Of a stretch of DNA of 64,000 nucleotides, positions 56,138 to 64,000 are shown piece by piece. The stretch covers positions 2,170,001-2,234,000 of the forward strand of contig OX597819.1 in the NCBI GenBank assembly GCA_951406725.2, written 5' to 3'. Origin of the DNA: Octopus vulgaris (Eukaryota). The notes under the pieces are model-generated. The model did not search any database and was not told where the DNA came from. It worked only from the letters and a program-made list of their open reading frames with translations. The position numbers and the translations under genes were made by a program. How positions within the stretch are numbered: position 1 is the stretch's first letter; every line of letters begins with the position of its first letter.

Positions 56138-57242
56138 CATGCATATGCAAAATAAACGCATATTTATGTATATATACAAATATACACATATAAATATGTA
56201 TGTGTATGAATGTGAGTGTGCGCGCGTGTATGAGTGTATGTATGTATATATGTCTGTGTGAACACATGGGCGCTCTATATATGCATGTACATGTTACTTC
56301 GTTCCAATAGACTTGATATTCTTTACATTAGCGCTGCTGCTATAGAAGCTTTAGAACATAAAGAAACTATCATTATATCCCTTGTGATGGTATAGGTGTT
56401 GCCATTGTACTTTCCGAAAAGCTACTGTTTAGATATTTTATTTATTGTTTTCCGTAAATTGATTTGGATCTTGAGGTTTTTCGTTGTTATTATACATGTG
56501 TATATGGTGACGGGGACGTCTTCTCGTTTTAGATTTCATAAGGAAAACAAAGCAAAGCTACAGCGCTCTTCTAATAACATTATTAATAACAGCAAAAATG
56601 TTAAACAAAATATCGAATGCAATAATATTAATAACATTGACAACAATAGCAGCATTGACTGCAACGTCGGGAGGTAAAATGACGATGGCGCGACAAAGCC
56701 GACGGTGATACTAACGGCAACTGCACAAAAGAAATTAATAGCAGTAAGGAGGAATAATAACAACAGCGAGGCGAATCCTCTCTTTAACAGTCCGTGTAGT
56801 CAAGGAGAAAGATTGACCTTGAACTTGCTTTGACAATGATGGCTGGGAAAATGAAAGTAAAAATTAGGTCAATAGAGACGGGCATTTCACACACGACAGA
56901 TACGAAAATATTTTCAACAGAGGAAATAAAAAGAGGAAAATAAAAACTATCGTAACCTATCTATTTATTTATACATTACATCTGCAAAAGGACAAGGGTT
57001 TCTAGGGAGGTGTTTAGTCGCTTGACTGTTACATATTTAATTGAGATGAAGGTGAGGAAAACATAGTCGACTCTAGAAAGAATTGAAAGCAGAACATGAC
57101 AAAAAGCGTTACTAAATACCGCAAAATATTTTGTGCAAAGCCCCAATGTTCCTGATGTTCCATAGTAATTTGCTATTATTCTATAGGGTTGCTGTACTGG
57201 TCATATTATATATAGTCTTTCTGATAATTTTATATATCTATC

Positions 57243-57620
<378 letters not shown>

Positions 57621-57646
57621 TTAATGTTTGTATGTATGTGTGGGTG

Positions 57647-57695
<49 letters not shown>

Positions 57696-57922
57696 GTATA
57701 TATACATATATATGTGTGAATATGTATATATATATACACACACGCGCACACAGTTAGATAGAAACACAGAAAGGCAGTCAGGTAGGCATATAGGCAGACA
57801 AACAGATATATACATACAAACATACATACATACATACCTACATACATACATACATACATACATACATACATACATACATACATACATACATACATACATA
57901 CATACATACAAACATACATACC

Positions 57923-57954
<32 letters not shown>

Positions 57955-58412
57955 CATACATAGATACATACATACATACATACATACATACATGTATACA
58001 TACATACATGCACAGGTAGGGTCTCGTCACACACTGTGCCACGCTGATACAACATGAGAATTACGCTAAGGATGCACGTGTCTTGCGGAATCTCCAGTGT
58101 CAAACAACAGAGATAAATGCATGCACACATGCATAAATACATGTGTTTAAGCATGTATGTATATGTACGTATGCATGTACACATACGCACTCATATACAC
58201 ATGCCTATATTTATACATACGTAGTCACCATACATAAATGTATGTATGATATATTTTTTTAATATATTTATATATATATATATATATGTACACATAAATA
58301 TATATATGTATGTACATGTATGTATATGTATATGTATCTTTGTGCGTGTGTGTATGTGTGTGTGTGTTATACATATATATATAATATATATATGCATATA
58401 CATGTAAATGTA

Positions 58413-58443
<31 letters not shown>

Positions 58444-58494
58444 ATATTTGTATATATGTATATATGTTTATATATACACATATATATGTATATA

Positions 58495-58553
<59 letters not shown>

Positions 58554-59024
58554 TTACGTGCACAAATACATTTTACGACTTAGTTCTGTACCACGTAACA
58601 TACACTTTGAGAAATTATAAGTGAAACCGATCCAGTGTGTACATATATATTAGAATGTAAAGAAATTCCCATATAATTCCTGTGCATTTTCGATTCTTTT
58701 CTTTGCATTTCGTTTTTCGATTAATAACGATTGATATATATTGTCTTTCGTCTTTTACCTGCTGTGGGCATTTGTTACGGGAACTGTGCTCCAGCGTTGA
58801 TACAATCTTAGGGCTGAAACACATAGAAAAATAAAAGAATATAGGACAGGCTTCTTGTCGCTCCCATCTACCAAATCCAGTCATAAGGCTTTGGTCGGGT
58901 CGAGGTTACAGTAGAAGACACTCGCTCAAAGTGCCACGCTGTGGAACTGAGCCCGAACCATGTGGTTGGGAAGCGAGCTTCTTTCCATATAGCCACTCCT
59001 GCGCCTATATGTACACACTCACAT

Positions 59025-59062
<38 letters not shown>

Positions 59063-59110
59063 TCATACACACATTCATACACATATACATATGTGTGCGT
59101 GTATATCTAT

Positions 59111-59223
<113 letters not shown>

Positions 59224-60002
59224 CAGATAGATATGATACATACATACATACATACATACATACATACATACATACATACATACATGCATACATACATGGA
59301 TGGATGGATAGATATACATATATATACATATATACATATATATATGTATTCATATGCATAAACATATACATATACATATATATATATATATAATATATAT
59401 TTATTTATATATACACACGCAAACTCTCTTTTTCTTTCCCTCTTTCTCTCTCACATACACACGCACCCTTTCTCTTTGCCTCTCTCTCTCTCTCTCTCAC
59501 ACACACACCACACACTCACATGCACGCGCACGCACACACACACACACACACACACTCCTGCACACACATATAATATATACATGTGTGCACTGCTTTCCAT
59601 TTTTATTATTTCCTCTCTTCCCTCTGGTTTTTGCTTTTACATTCGCGAACCCTTTCTTCCAATTTTGACCCCTTCATTCACCAACTATGTTCAAAATACA
59701 ATGTATATTCCAATGATCTAGATGTAAATCCTCGTCTACACCGCTGTAGGAACAAGTATTATTTTCAACATATTCTGTATTTCGAGCATTTCGTCTCTGT
59801 CACCTCGATATTCATAATAAATGTGTTTCCATTTAATGGGCTGGGTGTTTTCATCGGTAAATATTTGCTGTTATTTTATTCCTTTATGAATTAAGAAGCC
59901 TAATTTTTACACTTTTATATGTGTTCGTGTGTTTAAGATTATTTGGTAATGTGTACGTGTGTGTGTAGACGTTAAAATAAATATCATTATTGCCTTTGTT
60001 GT

Positions 60003-60592
60003 CAAAGGTGGTGCGATGGCAGAATTGTTAGCACGCTGGATAACATTCTTAGCAGCATTTCGTCTATCTTTACGTTCTGGGTTCAAATACAACCGGGGTT
60101 GGCTCTGCCTTTCTCTCTTTTGCTTGTTTCAGTCATTTGACTGTGGCCATGCTGGAACACCGCCTTTAGTCGAGCAAATCGACCCTAGCTTAGTACGTAT
60201 TCTATTGGTCCCTTTTGCCGAACCGCTATGTCAAAGGGACGTAAACACAACAGCATCGGTTGTCAAGCGATGTTGTGGGGATAGACAAATAAACATATAC
60301 ACACAGACATACATGTATACGAAGAGCCTCTTTCAATTTCCGTCAACCAAATCCACCCACAAGGCTTTGGTAAACGGAATTTGAAAGAGGCTCGTCGTAT
60401 ACATGTATGTAGATAGACTTACCCAAGGTGCCATGCAGTGGACTGAACCCGGAACCATGTGTTTGGTAAGCAAGCTACTTACCACGCAGCCAGTCCCGCG
60501 CCTAAATCAAATACCAATTGAGCACTGGGGTCGATGTAATCGACTTACCCAACTCCTAAAATTGCTGGACTTGTGCCGAAAATTGAAACCAT
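60003..60592 (+). mobile_element. Meta/MESC SINE (+) interrupted by an oppositely oriented CORE-like SINE (60115-60503)
   Basis: The Meta SINE head (60003-60110) and tail (60505-60592) flank a complete minus-strand copy of the other family. Confidence 0.8.
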
Positions 60593-61120
60593 TTTTGCAC
60601 TTGTTATTAAAACTTGGTTTCTTGAATCATTATGCAGTGTTTTAATTGCCATTTCTTGCGATTAATTAAAGCAGCGGGACAATACATGAGTAAAAATATA
60701 CGAAATTACTTTGAAATATGATAAAGATATGGTACACATTCATGTATTGTCTTGCCATATCAGAACAAGTGATATATACAAATATTAGTATATAAAAAAA
60801 AAAGGCATACGATATAGTCATATAATCACAGAAAAGCAAGGAAGGTAATTTTGAAGTTACAGTGCTGAAGACGTTCTTTTTTTTTACTTGTTTCAGTCAT
60901 TGGTCTGCGACCATCCGGAAGCACCGCCTTCAAATGTTTTAGTAATAAAAATCGACCGCAATATTTATTTTTAAGAGTAGTACATATTATATCGGTCACT
61001 TTTGCCGAACAGCAAGATAACGGGAACATAAACAAACCAATACCGTTTCCAAGCGGTGGTGGTAGTGGACAAACACAGTACAAGGATAAACATACCCACA
61101 CATGTATATATATATGTATG

Positions 61121-61151
<31 letters not shown>

Positions 61152-61496
61152 CTCGAGAGAGAGAGAGAGAAATAACTAACAATCCTTCGGTTACGATGAC
61201 GAGAGTTCCAGTTGATCCAATCAACGGAACTACCTACTTTTAAAATTAACATGCAAGTGGCTGATCGTTCCACAGACACGAGTACCGTTCTCCTAGTTCT
61301 CAGGGAGATTCAATGTAGCACACAATGTGACAAGGCAGGCCCTTTGAATTCCAATCACTTCTGCCAGCTGAGTTGAGTGGAGTGACCTGAGGTAAAGTGT
61401 CTTGCTCAAGAACACAACGCGCCGCCGCGAATCGTACTCACAACCTTGCGAATACGCTAAACACTAAGCCACGTGCTTTCACTATGTGTGTGATTG

Positions 61497-61531
<35 letters not shown>

Positions 61532-61865
61532 GCACACACACACATACACATGCACACACGCACACAAGCATATATATACTTCGATTAGAGATTATATTGA
61601 CCTCATGAAGGGATCGTTTCATTCAAGGAAATACTGGTTCAATACCTAGTATTTTGGGGGAATTAATTTCTTTAAAATAATAGGTACATATATAAAAATA
61701 TATAGTTTATATTCATATAACGTTTCAAAGAGACCTACTCTATTTTATCTCCAGTCAATCTGTAAACCCCTCGCTCGAACATATAACAATGCAAATCATA
61801 AATCGTATCATTCAGTATGCTATAATAAATCTAGAAACACATGTAAAACATTGAAGGGTATATCT

Positions 61866-61946
61866 TTTTCCCTCCGAAGATATTATGCTGGGGTTATATA
61901 ATTTTGATATTTACTGAGTATTAATTGAAACAGCTGTAAGGGAAGA
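61866..61946 (+). ncRNA. Hammerhead motif, CCGAAGA core variant
   Basis: UUUUCCCU-CCGAAGA-...-GAAA-C-AGCU-G-UA-AGGGAAGA, with an 8-bp stem I. Confidence 0.6.
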
Positions 61947-62489
61947 TGATTAATTTGACGTTAATAATAAACAATTATTAACCTCCCAATCTCCGTTTTC
62001 TTTTTCTCCTCTTGTATATATTTATATTTATATATATGCGACGAGCTTCTTCCAATTTCCGCCAACTAAATCCACTCACTCACAAAGCTTTGGTCAGCAG
62101 GGTATATATTAGAAGACACTTGCCCAAGGTGTCGTGCAGTGAGACTGAGCGCAAGGTCCCTATGGTTTCATACAACGCTAAGCCTGCACCTATATCTGAA
62201 TGATTTTGCCCAATATCTTTCAGAATATGACGAAATCTTTTATGTAAAAATTAAACTAACACTTAGTATTCATAATTCTTCGTTAGTATTGGGAAATTTC
62301 TCTTTAAATATTCGGAAATCTTTTAATAAATGTCGATTGAAGTGTCTGTAAGATCTCACGAGTTCTCATTTTTGTTCAAAATAACAAACTGCTCCATCTT
62401 CTGTCTTCAAGACACAAAAATCTCATCTTCTGAAGCCACTTAGTTATTTGCTAGGTATAGAGGAAGGAGTTGTCTCCGAGGCCTTAACA

Positions 62490-63090
62490 AGCCTGTGGGA
62501 CAATTAAAGTGCGTTAACATTGCGTTTAAAGAGTTGTAAGTCAACGATTGAGGAAAAGAGCATGCTCAGTATGGGTATTCTAGGGAGGCGACATTCTAAG
62601 GAGAAAGGACTGTAATGCTTAGGATAGTGACTGGTGGATCGACACAATATGAATGAGTAGGGAATTAGTGGATGTTTCACAAGGTCTGTCACTTCCAAGA
62701 AACGGAGGCCACTGTACTGTTGATAGTACAGAGAACTGATAGCATGTCTGTGGTCAAGATACGCTGGAGCGTATCAGTGACTTCATAGTAATCGACCGAG
62801 TTGGCTTTCTCTAGATGCGGCCTAGAAGGTATGCGTAAGCAACAGCAGTGTCATCCCAAATGTAAAGGTAATGTTCCATAGCAATGTATCATTTGACTTT
62901 GTGGAGAGACGTTCATTGTTGGGATTGAAGTGTTTTCTGGCTCCGAGAGAGAAAAAGGCCGGTCTTTCAGATACAGTGCTACCTATGTTATCATACAGAT
63001 ATAACTCCAGTCAGAATAGGATTTGGAACAGCTGGAACATTTGCAAGGATTTTAGTTAAGTGCTGAAGTATTAGTCAAACCTAAGGGTAG
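62490..63090 (-). mobile_element. Degraded 3' end of a Jockey/CR1-group LINE ORF2
   Basis: Frameshifted relics ARKHF, L.HRHAISSL, ...LF.S.VDLQLFKRNVN match the C-terminal region of such ORF2s. Confidence 0.6.
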
Positions 63091-63123
63091 ATTTTATGCT
63101 CCGAAATAATAATAATAATAATG

Positions 63124-63214
<91 letters not shown>

Positions 63215-63249
63215 TAATAATAATGATGATAATAATAATAATAATAATG

Positions 63250-63322
<73 letters not shown>

Positions 63323-63335
63323 TAATAATAATACC

Positions 63336-63874
63336 AGGCAGTGACTCTCGTGGCTTCTGATCTTAACTGATTGAAAGTGTTATCATGTACATTGTTTTGT
63401 CTTGGTATAAAAGATGGGCTACAGCAAATATTCTGCTCAATACCACAGATTTGCTTGTCAGTTGTTTGACCTTAACCAGTTGAGCATGTCCCTTAGTGGC
63501 TGACAATATGTGCATCTCTGATCACGAGCAGAAGTAGCGGGGGAGCATCATAGCCATGTGTTGAGAGGGATTCTTTGGGGTTTGAATAGTTCACCTCTGG
63601 AAACATGGGTGGTACTTTCAACATCCTTAAACAACCCTTATTCAGGGACCGTTTGAGCGGGATGGGCTACTCAACCTGAAGAAAATTCTAACTGGGCCCC
63701 ACCTGCAAGGTCATGTGCTGTTTATCTTGATATGAGATCACCATGTCGCGCACATATGGTTGTGATGCATGTGCCTGGTGTACCTTTATCAGACGGGTAG
63801 TCATGATGGGTATATTGGGCTTCGTATATTTTTACCCCAGTGTCACTTTGATGGCATGAACTGCTCTCTCACTC

Positions 63875-63875
<1 letters not shown>
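63336..63875 (+). mobile_element. 540-bp non-coding repeat inserted in (AAT)n; candidate 3' UTR of a microsatellite-targeting non-LTR element
   Basis: Complex sequence bounded on both sides by pure (AAT)n. An internal piece recurs at 20191-20224 inside another (AAT)n tract. Orientation and class are inferred. Confidence 0.55.
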
Positions 63876-63930
<55 letters not shown>

Positions 63931-63965
63931 TAATAATAATGATAATAATAATGATAATAATAAGG

Positions 63966-63996
<31 letters not shown>

Positions 63997-64000
63997 TAAT

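Overview
Eukaryotic, very AT-rich, microsatellite-saturated non-genic DNA. The repeat repertoire (tRNA-headed CORE-like and Meta/MESC SINEs, (TA)n/(AAT)n/(GATA)n/(CATA)n tracts) looks like an octopus (coleoid cephalopod) genome; this is an inference from recognising the repeats. No host protein-coding gene is convincingly supported, and almost all ORFs in the track are microsatellite artefacts. The main element is a full-length ~4.6 kb CR1-type LINE (43960-48592, minus strand) with three unusual properties. (1) ORF1 combines a Myb/SANT-like N-terminus, poly-Q and two CCCH zinc fingers. (2) ORF2 (APE+RT) has no usable AUG and opens in the -1 frame right at an in-phase U_UUU_UUA slippery heptamer, suggesting a gag-pol-like programmed frameshift. 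(3) The only lesion in ORF2 is a UAG where Trp is expected, which A-to-I editing could in principle reverse. A second theme is a set of minimal hammerhead ribozyme motifs in Penelope-like remnants, including a tRNA-promoter SINE carrying one and an inverted duplication whose junction falls at the predicted cleavage site. Also present: a complete dead mariner, mariner MITEs and a fold-back, a Helitron remnant, R4/Dong-like and other LINE fragments, and strand-uniform SINE arrays in (AAT)n.
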